From: Raja brachyura
Taxonomy: Eukaryota
Length of the DNA stretch: 64,000 bases
Direction: 5' to 3'
Assembly (NCBI GenBank): GCA_963514005.1
Contig: OY740806.1
Coordinates: forward strand, 21,452,001 to 21,516,000
The stretch's first letter is position 1. Each line of letters opens with the position of its first letter. Positions 1-12,774 of this stretch are shown one piece after another. Position numbers and translations under genes: made by a program. The notes under the pieces were generated by a model. It did no database searches. It saw only the letters and a list, made by a program, of their open reading frames with translations, and was not told the DNA's origin.

Positions 1-1181
1 ATTATACATTATTTTTATATATTAACATAACATATATAATTTATTATAAATAAGATAAACCAATAACTTATTTCTGAAGTATTGGGATATTTACGGGGTC
101 TTGGCCTCGGCAAAGTTCTAGAATTGATAATGGTGACTTCAGTATTGGTTTTAGATCAATATCTCGATCATATTATTTCACAGGCTGCGCCCATTGGCGT
201 CTTGGGGATGAGGCACAGCCAAAACTGTAGTATATCAAGGGCAGTACATGTTAACTTGCTTTTTCATTATCCGAGTGTATTTGTGTTCTTGGTGCGAAAG
301 AAAACTATCTCGGCTCCCTTTTAATTTTAATGCTGGGTGTTGTCTTCTACTCTGCCACCGGGATAATTAATTGGGTGTATTTTCAAAGTAAGAGTCTTTT
401 CCATCCGAGTTGTCGAGCGAAGTTTCAATTTAAGGACCAGGATCTGCCCATATCTCTCACCCCAAAATATTGAGCCAAATTATTTAATGTAGGAAGCAGA
501 ATAAGCAACAGAGAACTAGGCGGATCCAACCATAAGCATAGAAAACACAACGTCAAGTGCACCGTCCAGCTTTTCGTGATGAGCAGACCACATGTCCAGT
601 ATTCTGGAGTATTCTGGTCCAGTATCCAACAGTTGTGACAACAAGTCTTATGTCTGCTCGGTTGGGAGAGAAAGAGGGAGGCGGGGAGTCTAGACCAAGA
701 GGCGCGCCCATGTTGTAGAAAAGGATGGCAGTGTTATTAACAAACCGGTCTGAAATGGTTCACTGGGGAATTCAGACGCACAAATAAAATTGAGGAGGTG
801 GGGGTGGGGAGAGACCTGCCGAGCCACCATCGGCTCCCTGTTTTATTACGGCGTGCGGCCAGTAAACACAAGTTCTTTGAACATGAATGTGGAGCAGTAT
901 CAACATGAACACACATTTACTTCTGCATCCCACAAAACGCTGCCCTCTCCCTCCACACTAGCGAAGCGGTAGCATTCAAAAGAAACGCTGTAAACAGCAA
1001 CCAACACAGAACAAAGTTAACCATCGGGTCATTTTTTTAGGGGAGTGGCCAATTGATATTGAAACTCTCAATATATTTGGAAGACAGGGTATCCAAAGTT
1101 ATCTATTTTGTTAAGCATTTCATTTTAACGTTTTTTTAAAAAATATCTATTGCTGCATTTGGTACATCATTTGGTTTGTTA

Positions 1182-1737
1182 AGGGCCTGTCCCACTTTCC
1201 AAAGTTACTCACGATCTCTCCCAAGTTTTCTCCTTGATTCGAACTCGGGGAATATCGGGTAATGTTGGTAGCGAGCTCGTAGGACCTCGTAGATGTTTTC
1301 ATAGTGGCTCGTAATGCCAGCCGGAGGAACACAGGACATCAGGTAATTCGGGACGTTTTTTCAACATGTTGAAAAATGTCCATGAGTTAAAAAAATATCC
1401 CTGAGTACCTATGAACGGCTATTACCGTAATTCTCCGAGTTCGGATCAAGGGGAAAACTCGGGAGAGTTCGTGAGTAACTCAGGATAGTGGGACAGGGGC
1501 TTTACTCACGAATTCTCCCAAGTTTCCAAACTCGCAGAATGTTCGTAACGAGTCCGCAGGAGGCCGCCTGACGTTTTTCATCAGGTTGAAAAAACGTCCC
1601 GACTTACCTGATGCCCTGAGTACCTACGGCTGGCATAACGAGCCGCTACGATATATCCACTGACTCATTACGAACATTCTGCGAGTTTGAAAACTCGGGA
1701 GAATTTGGGAATAATTTGGGAAAGTGTGACAGGCCCT
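1182..1737. mobile_element. Composite PIF/Harbinger-type MITE (two related elements nested or fused)
   Basis: TTA TSD (1179-81 / 1738-40). TIR agggcctgtcccactttcc...ggaaagtgtgacaggccct. An extra internal terminus agtgggacaggggc at 1487-1500. Confidence 0.85.
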
Positions 1738-2835
1738 TTAGTTGACATGGATAAAGTCGCTCTGTCTGATTTGCTACTTGTTGACTGGCCATTCTTAGCG
1801 ACCAAAGTAATTGAACAGTGTCTATGTGCAGAAATAATATGTTTATGAACTATGTTGACAAAATAACAGCTTGGAATAAATGAGTCATATTCATATTAGC
1901 AGACACAGTCAACCGTAACAGCGAAATACCAAACTTCAAAATGGATTTGGATTTTGAGCAGGCTTCTTTGCCGACTATCCTGAGCGTTCACCTTCATTCT
2001 GGTTTCCCCATTGCTGATGGATGTTCTGAATCAAACCAATAGTTTGATATTAATACATCACTGGTAAACCTGTCTAGGAATTTTTCAAGTGCCTTACAAG
2101 ATGGTAACAATGTTAGCATTCATTTTAATAATTTTGCCAAAGGTGACTGGTTAGTTAGACACAATCATTGGAAGCTAGAAAGATTTTGTAGAAACAACTA
2201 ATTAAGAACTGCACTGTTTGACTTTAATAAAATGCAAATCAACTGTTTTTGTTTTTGAAGTGAGTCTATTAATTGCATACATGTTATTAGTTTAAAAAAA
2301 AAGCACAATAAAATCTTGTCACGGGCACTTCATATTAATAACTAAGTTGCTGAGATGTAATGCCAATTGTTGCCATTTGTCTACCTTACGATGAGAGTAT
2401 TTCTTGTCCATTTACAACAAATGTCACGTGAACTCACCAGCATTCAATATTTCTACATTAATTCTTAATTTAGCTTTGAAGTATATTAACAGGGACTGGA
2501 TTATAGTTGAGCAAAACAAAAGCAGTTTATCATAAAATATACAAATATTAAAGTCCAAACAATGCTGACACCATAAATATAGCTGATATCAAATAACTTT
2601 CTGGGGATAATTAAGTTCGCGAAAGCAAATGGATTTAATACATACTTACTTTTCCTAGTCAATAATTTACTTGTTTGATCCACATCCAAGACCACAAACA
2701 CATTCTGTTAAGAAGGACGAAAAAGAGAAAGAGAAAAACAACTGTGTTAAAATATTATAAATACACAACTCTGAAAAATCAGAATTTGAGTGGTATAATA
2801 TGGTCCCTTTGTCAAGATCCATAATGGGAATGTAA

Positions 2836-3145
2836 TGTCCCTGTCCCACTTATGCCCCTGTCCCACATAGGAAACCTGAACGGAAACCTCTGGAGACTTT
2901 GCGCCCCACCCAAGGTTTCCGTGCGGTTCCCGGAGATTTTTGTCAGTCTCCGTGGTCGAAAGTGGTTTCAGTTTTAAAAATCGGTAATTTTTTAGTCAAA
3001 GCCGGTTGCGATGCTAGTTGAAGCTGGTTGCCAGAGGACAAAAACCTCCGGGAACCGCACGGAAACCTTGGGTGGGGCGCAGAGTCTCCAGAGGTTTCCA
3101 TTCAGGTTTCCTAAGTGGGACAGGGGCATAAGTGGGACAGGGGCA
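2836..3145. mobile_element. Harbinger-type foldback MITE with doubled TIRs
   Basis: TAA TSD. About 105-bp near-perfect inverted arms. Each end carries two tandem copies of the tgcccctgtcccac terminus. Confidence 0.88.
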
Positions 3146-3647
3146 TAAGGGAATAAAAAAGTCCAGAGGCAGATGGAGAAAGATGGCATGGGAATTTAAT
3201 ACTTAGGCATCTCTCGTCTTAAAAGTTGGCAAGAATTGTTGTCTAATTTATGGAGATCAAATTAAAATGCATAAAGGAACCAAATCTCCTTCTCCACAAG
3301 CTGCTAAAGTTCAGGCCATAGAACATATACTAGAATGCTAATTTTCAAACATTTTAGATAATTTTGATGCATGTAACAACTTGCATGTTGTGCAATTCAA
3401 CCCATGATCAAATCGTATTGCAATTCAACCCATGATCAATGGTGTCAAATGATCAGGTGCCTGTATTAACAAAAAAACTAAATATTTGTTAGAAAGTAAA
3501 AAATAATGCACAAAGTATTAATTTTATAAGGAGAGAATTGTCAAACTAGGATAATGATATGTGTGTGTAGTTATGGAGACTGTGGAGAATAATATGGAGA
3601 GTCCAATTTGTATATCCAAGGTTTATTCAAGACTCTCAAGACCTTAC

Positions 3648-3951
3648 GGCGGGACGGTGGCGCAGCGGTAGAGTTGTTGCCTCACAGCGATAACAGCGCC
3701 AGAGGCCTGGGTTCGATCCCAACTATGGATACTGTCTGTACGGAGTCTCCCCGTGACACCATGGGTTTTCTCCAAGATCTTCGGTTTCCCACACTCCAAA
3801 GACGTATGGGTTTGTAGGTTAATTGGCTTGGTATAAATGTAAATTGTCCCTAGTCTATGTAGGATACTGTTAATGTGCAGGGATCACTGGTCGGTGCGGA
3901 CTCGGTGGACAGAAGGGCCTGTTTCTGCGCTAACATCTAAACGAAACTAAA
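3648..3951 (+). mobile_element. tRNA-derived V-SINE (HE1-like)
   Basis: A box ggtggcgcagcggt, B box gggttcgatccc, V-domain-like core, CR1-type tail ending in (ctaaa)n. Confidence 0.85.
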
Positions 3952-5425
3952 CCTCACATTATGGATGCATGTATTATCATGTATGTCATAAACAATATCA
4001 AAATTATTTGGATGTATTAGAAAACAATCTCACTTTATAGTACCATTCTTTTACTAACATATTAGCATTAATGATAACAGCTACACACTCTAGAAACATC
4101 TGAGAATATCCCCTTGAGTCTATTTTATCACTACCTTTATAAAAGTACACTTCAACTTTGAATAAATCACATTTACCACATATAGCTTTTCTATTAAATT
4201 TGATGTTGGATATCAACCGTAGGTTATTAGAGACTCAATTGGTGGTGTTAACTAATACATTGAAAATATAAACCAAAATAAAAATGAAAACCAGCATTTT
4301 TCATTTTATCTGCAGGTATCCCTGCTTTTAAACGTTTGTGTACACAATCACATTCAGAATGGGAATCAAATTTGTTCCAAAAGGGTGGGGTGAAAACCAA
4401 CACTATCCTTTTAAAAAGTCAAATTGAGCATTCACATTGTCATTGTTTGTATGGAATTTTACTCACTAGACCTCTGCTGTCATGCTTTGCCTTCTTCCCA
4501 GGGTATTTCTTAATTAGATGGTACGACTCCAAGCTATGATTTACATCATGTTTATTTTAAGATATAGGCCATGTATTGCTGAAAGATACAATAGGCCTTT
4601 AATATAAAGTAAAGTCTAGAAGAGAATAGTGGGGTGTACGGCATGTAACAAGTGCACTTCAACCTATAACATTTGCAATAACAAATTGCAAACGCATTTT
4701 TGCAATCATGTAACACATTCAATAGAGCTTCAATGCCCAAGCTTGGGAATTTCCACTGTTCAAACCCATAGTACTCTTGAATGCTTTTCTGCATTCCTGC
4801 TGTCTAGGCTGACATATAGATTTTTGTACATCAATCTTGAGCACATAAATGTTACATATTTGGCAGTTATTTCATGGCCTTCTCTCTCTCAAAAACTCCA
4901 GCTAATTTTAAAACATTCTAACACAATAAAAATAAATCTCAAGGTTCTCATGGGCATTTATTTTTGGATTCACTGCACAAGTTGCCAACTAAGCGAACTT
5001 GCAAGAAACTGACCTATTTTATGATACAATTCAATTGCTTTACATTGTTAATCAGTAGACTGAGGTTGAAAGTTTCCCTTAGACACTAAGGATAGCATTT
5101 CAAAAGAATGGAATTGAGGGATGGCATTTGCTCCATGCATCAGTGCTGGATACCTTAGTGAGTACTGACCATTGCTTCCATTGGCATAGAGTTCAAACAA
5201 AATTTTTTGCATGCTAATTTGGAAAGCAGCCAGTAGTTGAGGTTGTTTATGTTACACTGCCACTTATTATTGTCCTTCTTATTTTAGTAACAATAAATAA
5301 CTGTCATTTCATGGGTAAGAATATTCTTCCTTACACATTGAAGAAACCAGAGTCATTATTTGAGATGGAGAACTGATAAACACTCAATATTCTTGATCTT
5401 TTGGCTTTTTAGTGATCAATTGAAT

Positions 5426-5677
5426 GATACAACCTGGAAACTGACACATTTGGCCTACAAATTCATACCAACCATTGATCACCCATTCACACTTGTTCTA
5501 TTATCCCAATTTCACATCCACTCCCTATAATTTTTACGTAGGACAATTCCCATAGAGCACCCAGTAGAAACCAATGCAGTTACAGGAGAACGTGCAAACT
5601 CTACACAGACAGCATCTGACGTCAAGATCCAGATCTCAGTGTTATGAGGCAGTTCTACCAGCTGTGTCACTGTGCTA
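5426..5677 (-). mobile_element. Degraded V-SINE
   Basis: Reverse-complement similarity to the other SINE copies (ggagaacgtgcaaactctacacagacagc). Confidence 0.65.
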
Positions 5678-6135
5678 TCCCTTTTCCTGTGCCATCAGGA
5701 ATGATGCCGGTTTCGGCAGTGACCACAGTGACACTCGCAGTAGGGTGAACTGGCATGAGAAGGCGTGACAATCTCAGGCTTCTCCCTGCATTTCATCCTT
5801 GCCTTGATAGGAGGTGGGGGCGATCTTGGGTTTATCTCGGCAGCTCAGCTTTGGGTTTGAAGAGGTGGAGCTGGCAGTCTCAAGATTATCCTGGTGGCCT
5901 AGTGTTTGCCTCTGTGTGCAGGCGCAGTCCCTTGTTGGCCGTAGGCAAGAAGAGGCATTGGGTTCTCAGGCATGCCCGGCCACTCACTTAACCTCAGCGC
6001 TGGCTGCCTTGGGCCTCTTTCTGTTAGCCCATACTTAACCACAAGGTGGTTCTGGTGCTCTCAGGTTTGTCGCAGTAACTCAGTCTTTCTCAAACCTGCG
6101 ACCGGGAAACACAGCTGACACGGAGGCATCCCAGT

Positions 6136-6290
6136 TTCTCTCTCTTCATTCTCCCTTCCCCTCTCTCTTCACTCTTCTTTTTCCCTTCCTCTTTCTCCTT
6201 TCTCCATTCCCCTCTCTCTTCTCCCTTCCACTCTCTCTTCTGTCGCTCTTCTTTCTCCCTTCCTCTCTCACCCTCTCCCTTCTCGCCTCT
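6136..6290. repeat. CT-rich low-complexity tract
   Basis: Nearly pure pyrimidine, imperfect ttctcccttcc/ctctctctt repeats. Confidence 0.85.
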
Positions 6291-8428
6291 GGCTGGAATG
6301 CATGGATTTTATAAGGAATACGCTGATGAGGTTCAGGTGGGCCAACCCGAAGTCAGTAAATTGGACCCAGTTGTTACTGCTGATGCTGAGGATTGGCCTC
6401 TGCTGGCCTGTCAGCCAGTGAAAGGTATCAGATCGACATCCAAAGGAGAGGGCGCTGTCATCAAACCTTAATGCAGGAAGAACACAATTGTAATCTCTGC
6501 CCATATGTTAAGATTGACGAGTACAATGCTACATTTACCCAGAAATGGAGAACATATATAGATCTATAATATTAATTATTATAACAGTTACTTATACGAA
6601 GGTTTTTCATGATTCTCTCCACATTTTCTGGATTTAATTTCTTGTATTCAGTTCTTTTATGATCCAATTTCAAACAAATGTAAAAATGTTTTCATTTTAA
6701 AATATACACTCCACGCATTCTCTCATACATTCAATTTGTACTTTTGAATGGAGAACCATATCTGTAAAGCTTGGGTGATTGAGTGGAGGCGAGTGGTAGA
6801 TTTAATCCCACAAGTGTGTTTTACAGTGGAAAGATAGGGTGTTATGTAAATCAATGAAGAAAAAATGTCACATCAATGATGCACATAAGGGAATGCTCAT
6901 CTACATCCAAATGCAATCCAAGTGGGGGAGGCAGATTACAATTTAATACATGTATTGCATTCATAAATAAATACATACTACACATTGTTGAGGAAGTTTA
7001 GTCACAGGTCCTTAATTTAATCCCAAGCATAGAGGTTTCCCAGTCTCTTGAAATTTGCCAATTGATCCATGAGTATCTAATCTGACAATAAATATTGATT
7101 TCATGAATGATGCTGCTAAGGACTGTTATCCAAAAAGAGTTTGTGTTTGTTCCTGATAAACTTTGTAAAAAGCTCAGCGGGCATTGAATGAACTTTTTTT
7201 TGGGCTTATTTCCATGTTCGCTTACTTGCTTGCTGTAGTTTACATTAGCGGGTTCTTGAAAAGCAATACTGCAGAACCGTAAACTTCAGAAAAAGCAGTT
7301 CCTGAACCACCTGTAGCTGTATAATGCAGAAACCAGGAGTTGATACGAGACAAGAATGTCTGAAATTGGAATAGTGCTGGGGTGGGCAGGCAGGCTTGTC
7401 GTGGAAATTTAGAGCATCCAATTCATGAGGGGATTAGGGGCTGAGAGCCTTGCAATTGTTGTTGGCAGGGTTTGAAGTGTGCCTGGGGAATATTGGGATT
7501 GGCAAACATTGGTGGAAGAGAACAAAGATGCCTCAGGTTTGGGGGTGTAAGTGTCACAGGTTCACTTTAGTGCAGCAGATTGGGGCATAGTGATATAGGT
7601 AAGCAACCTATTTACTTAGTGGACTTCCTACATCAGCCTTCTGGGATTGTGTACTATCCCAGGATAGCCCAGATACAAGAATCCGGGAGATTGGAATCCA
7701 TGTCTCCTGATACTGAGTTAGGTTCATGAAATAGACTGTCAGGAGGCAGTGCCCAGTGACTCAGAAATGGTCGCAATGATAGTCTATTCCATCTAAAAAC
7801 AAAAATCACTGTTCTAGATAAAATTTCTAAGATATTCTCTTACGATAAGCAAACCAATATAAATGTTGTACTTCTGAACAAAATGTCCGTGTGGACATCT
7901 ATGTACCAGCGTGCGTTTACAGTTTCCTCCTTTTTCAGGTTTTACATGGTTAAGTTTATTATTGTCACGTGTACAGTGGTACTGTGAAAATCTTTAGTAC
8001 TACGCATAACACTTCAAAGAAAGACAGGCTGCTCAGATCACTTTCCTGGATGCTCTCAGCTGATGTCTTGTGAATCAAGGGGCCCACGATGTCTCCTCAC
8101 AGTCAGCTCTATCTCCAGTTATACCGATACACATAACTGATGGGAAACTAGACAACATATGTGACCTGCCTAGACAGGACGTTCTCTTCCCCCCCCCCCC
8201 CCCCCCCATCAAGTCTGGTCCCGCGCTCAACACTTTCCTGCAGGTTGCATGACTGCCGAATGGCAAGGGTTCGTATACCTGTCATCTTATCATGTCATAT
8301 GATGCAATTTGCAAGCTCCAGGTGAAAACCCACATATAATTGTTGGGATATTATCTTTGAGAAGATAGCTACTCTTTACTTGGACAAAGACAAACATTCT
8401 AGAACCAAGAGACATATTTTTGGAGGGT

Positions 8429-8520
8429 ACACAAAAAGTTGGAGAAACTCAGCGGGCGCAGCAGCATCTAAGGAGCGAAGGAGATAGGCGACGTTTCGGG
8501 TCGAGACCCTTCTTCAGACA
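8429..8520 (-). mobile_element. Penelope-like element terminal fragment with hammerhead motif
   Basis: acacaaaaagttggagaaactcagcggg...gacgtttcgggtcgagacccttcttcagac. Confidence 0.8.
8487..8520 (-). ncRNA. Minimal type-I hammerhead ribozyme motif (Penelope-associated), core intact
   Basis: rc reads CUGAAGA-A-GGGU-cucg-ACCC-GAAA-C-GUC: both catalytic core strands, a 4-bp stem II and a GUC cleavage triplet. Stem I is weak. Confidence 0.6.
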
Positions 8521-10299
8521 TATTTTTGGATTAAGGAGACGGCCATCTCCAGCTGGGGTAGGACTGATTGCTTTACACAGTGTTGTCAAGCTTTGGAATC
8601 CCCACTGCGAGGGCTGTGGATGCTGACTCCCGCTGTCATCGTCCAGACAATAGGTTTTTACTGATGGCATTTTCTTCACATAATCAGGCAATACAATCAT
8701 GTGAGCCGTCATCAGCCAGACATCAATGAATCTGGGAACAAACTTGTTACTTTGCTGGCCTTTATCCTCTTTTACAGCATAACCAAATCTACAATCCATC
8801 AAACTGATCTTTTAATGTGCGTATCAGAGGGGAATTCTGGATCCAATATATTATTGCACCAACTGAATTAAACCTACTCCATCAAATAATCTACCAAATG
8901 CATAATCTCTAATGAGCTCTATGCCTTTCCTGCATCTTGTACACAATTCTGAGGTTCTTTAGATCACGATTGACCCCAAACCTTATTTTGAAGTCCATAA
9001 GTTGTCAAAACATTTAATTTGTTTATATAAATTGAACAAAATGTATTGAATCCTTGGTGATTTTTGTTTAACACTACTTTAGGTTCTTTCTCAACTGAGT
9101 TATCATATTGCCTCAAGGTTGTGAGCAGTGAATTGACTGGTCAATCCTGTCTTTACCTGTGGTCGTCACTGTGAAACCCTCTGGTAGATAGGGCAATGCT
9201 GTAATGCAGAGCATCAGCTCATGGTTCTACATTGTTGTTTGCTCAATAGTGGGTTTTTAATCTCAGCCATACAACCTTGAATTGTGAATGAAGCATCATT
9301 TAATAGCAAAGGCGTCACATTCAAAGTAATTCGTCACCTAGCAACACGTTACTGGGCATTATTTAGGAGGTGAGGTTGAATTAAAGAAAAAGTCAACAAC
9401 CTAAAATGTTAACTCTTCCTTTTTCTACAACAGCCAATATGTTGAGTATTTCCAAAATGTTCCATTATTATTGCAGATTACTTTGCACATTACACTACAA
9501 TTCTTTGGTTTTGTGTTAGTGGGGAGAATAATTCCTAAATATGTATTGCAATAGTTCTATTTTTTTTAACTATATTCTCTTTGGCCACGTAAATAATCAC
9601 AACCTCATTTTTCACTGAAGATTTTGCATTTGGACTTACAGGATTAGATGCTCTTTACTGTGTCTGTTAAACAACAAATAAATCAAATTAGAGGAAGATG
9701 GATTACTACAAATTACAAGGATTTTTTCATAAATCTAATTCATTTAAACGTCAGATCCCAAATAGATTTATTTCTGTGAATGTCAGGAGTAATGTCTAAT
9801 CTTTTGAAACCAATGTATAAATAAATGATAATATACTTTAGTGCGATTGTACACCGAGTATTAAACATAATCTGGACAAAATACATTAGCAAAGACATTG
9901 AAAAGATTTAGAAAATGTTGACGTCAATGATTACAGAATTTAGATAATTTACTTAATGCAGAAGGATAAAGGAGTTACATCATTAGAGAAAGGCAAATTT
10001 AACTGAAAGACTAAGGGATGAAAATAAGTCTTTATGATGAAATACAGTGGGAAGTCATTAATACGTGAACTGCACAGGCTTTAGTAATCAACAATCTGTT
10101 TAAGAAATGAACTCCAGTCATGTTTAATTCTTAGATGATCTGGCTTTTTATAAAATAAGATGAGAAAGTTCTATGTTAATTTAAAAATGCTGTTTAATTT
10201 TAAATTAAAATATTTATCTTCCAAATCTATAATTTAGATACTATTGTAACACAGGGCATTGCAATATTAACAAATACATTTTTACCAATATATAATTCG

Positions 10300-11000
10300 A
10301 GGGAGGTGTGGGGCAAAGACTGGTTGGTGAAAGATGGAAGTAGATGTGTAGTGGATAATGGGCAGATGGATTCAATCTGGGGAGGGGGGGTCGCAGAATG
10401 GATGGGAAAGAAGAAGAAAACAACATGGAGAGGCTGTGTGGGAGAGGGACACTGGGGGTATGGGTTATGTTAAGCTGGGAGAATTCAATGTTCATATCAT
10501 TGGGTTGTAAGCTAACAAGCAAAAAGTGAGATACAGTATTAAGGGCCTGTCCCAATTGCCGATTTCTTTTTTGGCGACTGCCGGCATCATTGATTGACGT
10601 ATCAGGGTTACCGAAATTTTTTGAACATTTCAAACTCCAGCGGCGACAAAAAAATGTTGCGACACTTGAGGAGACACCGCGCGTCGATATGTCGTCACAC
10701 CGTATCACGCCGCGACTTTTTCGGTGACCTGATACGTCAGTCAGTGATGACGAAAGTCGCCGAAAAAATCGCCAATTGGGACCGGCCCATTAGCCTTCCA
10801 ATTTATGTTTGGTCTCTCTGTCTCACCTTCACCTCTACTGCTAGAAAACTGGCAATCTTTTCTCTTTCCTCTCAGTCCTGCAAGGTCGCAACCCAAAAAG
10901 TCGACAAACATTTTGCCTCCACAGGTGCTATTTGACCTGCTTAGTTCTTCCAGTGTCCTGATTTTTATTCCGGATTCTAGCATCTGCAGTCTCTTTTTTC
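10300..11000. mobile_element. Old Penelope remnants in opposite orientations around a MITE
   Basis: rc SLQPNDMNIEFS before the MITE; a plus-strand pLTR end ...ctagcatctgcagtc after it. Confidence 0.6.
10542..10789. mobile_element. Harbinger-type MITE inserted in a Penelope remnant
   Basis: TTA TSD. TIR agggcctgtcccaattg...caattgggaccggccca. Subterminal inverted arms. Confidence 0.85.
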
Positions 11001-11624
11001 ACACCACTGTTCTATACTAGGCTAGATGACACACATTTCAGCCCAGGGTTATGCCCGTCTGATCATAGCTGGTCCATTTGGGAACCCTAGAACCTGTCTG
11101 TTAAAGAGGCTGAAGGTGGCCTCAGGCCATTTACACGAAACAATCCTGAATGCAAAATGGGACTTAGAGTGTCAGGCTAACAACCCACAGCACTGGCAAA
11201 TAGGACATGCATAAAGAGCCCAAAGATTTAGAAATGAGAAAACCATATAAATTGGCAATTGAATTTGAAGTAGAACTCTAGGTGGGATGGTCGAGTTTTT
11301 AAAGGATGTGTTCAGGTGAGTCAACAGATTTTTCTTATCCATGTCTATCACGTTCTTTAATATGGTTCTAAAATAATATGTAAATGATAATAATGTATGG
11401 GTTAAATGTAAACAAAGGAAAAATCTATGTCATGTTGGGGAAAAATATTACATGTCAGATGCTCCTGATAAAATAATGATGCTCAACTGAAATGAAAAAA
11501 AAGGTTATTACTTAAATGCATTCTTTATGCACTAGGGTGCATAAAGTGGATATAACATTTGGTTATAAATAGTTAAGTGTTAAAATTTTCAAGTTATATA
11601 TTTTAACCTTGATTTGATCAACTA

Positions 11625-11870
11625 ACGGCAGAACTCCACCATCCGGCGAGAGGGACTGAAGCATCGGGCTGCCGTAGCGGCGACTGCAGAGGCCTCAATA
11701 GGCCCGACTATGGGTGAACTGGGGATGGGACTGGACTTTGCTGCCTTCTCCCATTGTGGGGGGATGTTTTTATGTTTACTGTTAAATTCTTTGATGTTGT
11801 GTGCTGCAATGGCAAATCAAATTTCACTACATCAATTGGTGTATGTGATAATAAATGTCCTTTGTCCTTT
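11625..11870 (+). mobile_element. 3' end of a related non-autonomous retroposon
   Basis: CpG-rich start, ggactttgctgccttc motif, aataaa followed by a (GTCCTTT)n tail. Confidence 0.55.
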
Positions 11871-12221
11871 GTAAAGTGAACCTATTCCATTTCTTCCCAA
11901 AAAATACAAATTCAAAAATTAATTTATGTATAATGTAGATCACGGAAACCATGGAGAAAAAAGAATGACAGTGTGGTGCATTAGGATGGTTGAAGTCTGA
12001 CTGGGTTTGTGGAACACTATCAGTCGGAAACAAGCAGAATGTGATTTTCCTGTGCAAAAAAGAAAAAAGTGCTTTAGTAACTTGAGCAGTTTGTTTTTGC
12101 TTAAGATTTCAGCATGTGCAGTTTCTTGTATCTGTGTGATTGTCCGATATAGTCTATGCTCAGTTATGAAAAGATGTTATCGAGGTGAATTTAGATTGGT
12201 TTCTGCTTTTGTCTTCCACAG

Positions 12222-12382
12222 TACGGTGCTGCCAGTTAGTTTGCGTTGAAGTTCCTTCAGACACTGAAGCCCTACATGGAACCAATATGAAGCTTACTTG
12301 CATTTCCTGTGTGAGGAGGGAAGAAGTGAATACAGACACCTTGGTTGCATGGACCTACGTCAATAATGATCAAGAGATATCA
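12222..12382 (+). CDS. SCN3B: Sodium channel subunit beta-3, coding exon (end of signal peptide, start of Ig-V domain)
   Basis: ttccacAG acceptor, GTatgt donor. Translates (V)RCCQLVCVEVPSDTEALHGTNMKLTCISCVRREEVNTDTLVAWTYVNNDQEIS, matching human VCVEVPSETEAVQGNPMKLRCISCMKREEV. Phase 1 in, phase 0 out. Confidence 0.95.
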
Positions 12383-12774
12383 GTATGTGTCTACTTAAAA
12401 ATATAAAATAAAGAAGTTGAATATTTTATTCACAAGGTAAAAATAGATCTCTGTTAAATATCAGGTTGACATTTATAGGTAGACATTAAAGAATGGGCAA
12501 ATTAAACAGCCAAAAACTTAGATAGGTGTGGCCTTTTTGTTGGTCGTTAACAAGTTTCTGTTAAGAAAATTCAGGAGTCCGCACATTATTACCACAGTCC
12601 ATAACATCTAAGCATATTGAAGTCAAAAATCATTATTTAGAAACTGAAATGATGCACTGTTGAAATAAATGGCTATGCATTGATTATGTTGTTTGAAGAC
12701 TGCAATCCTTAAATTCCCATAAAAATAACTAGAATCTATAATTTTTGTATCACGTTATTATTTTATTAAGTAAA

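Noticed and set aside
2017-2063. MDVLNQTNSLILIHHW as the SCN3B signal exon
   Set aside because: The donor would be phase 2, which is incompatible with the phase-1 acceptor at 12222.
3648-3730. tRNA gene
   Set aside because: The A and B boxes are the head of a multi-copy SINE; no proper cloverleaf.
4316-4383. IPAFKRLC resembling the human SCN3B start MPAFNRLF
   Set aside because: No ATG, and the downstream residues are not hydrophobic. Likely coincidence.
8449-8802. 117-aa minus-strand ORF
   Set aside because: It runs into a Penelope end and has no recognisable homology.
12185-12406. ORF-track protein as a stand-alone gene
   Set aside because: It is the SCN3B exon with intronic flanks. The same applies to 57630..57983 (GRAMD1B exon).
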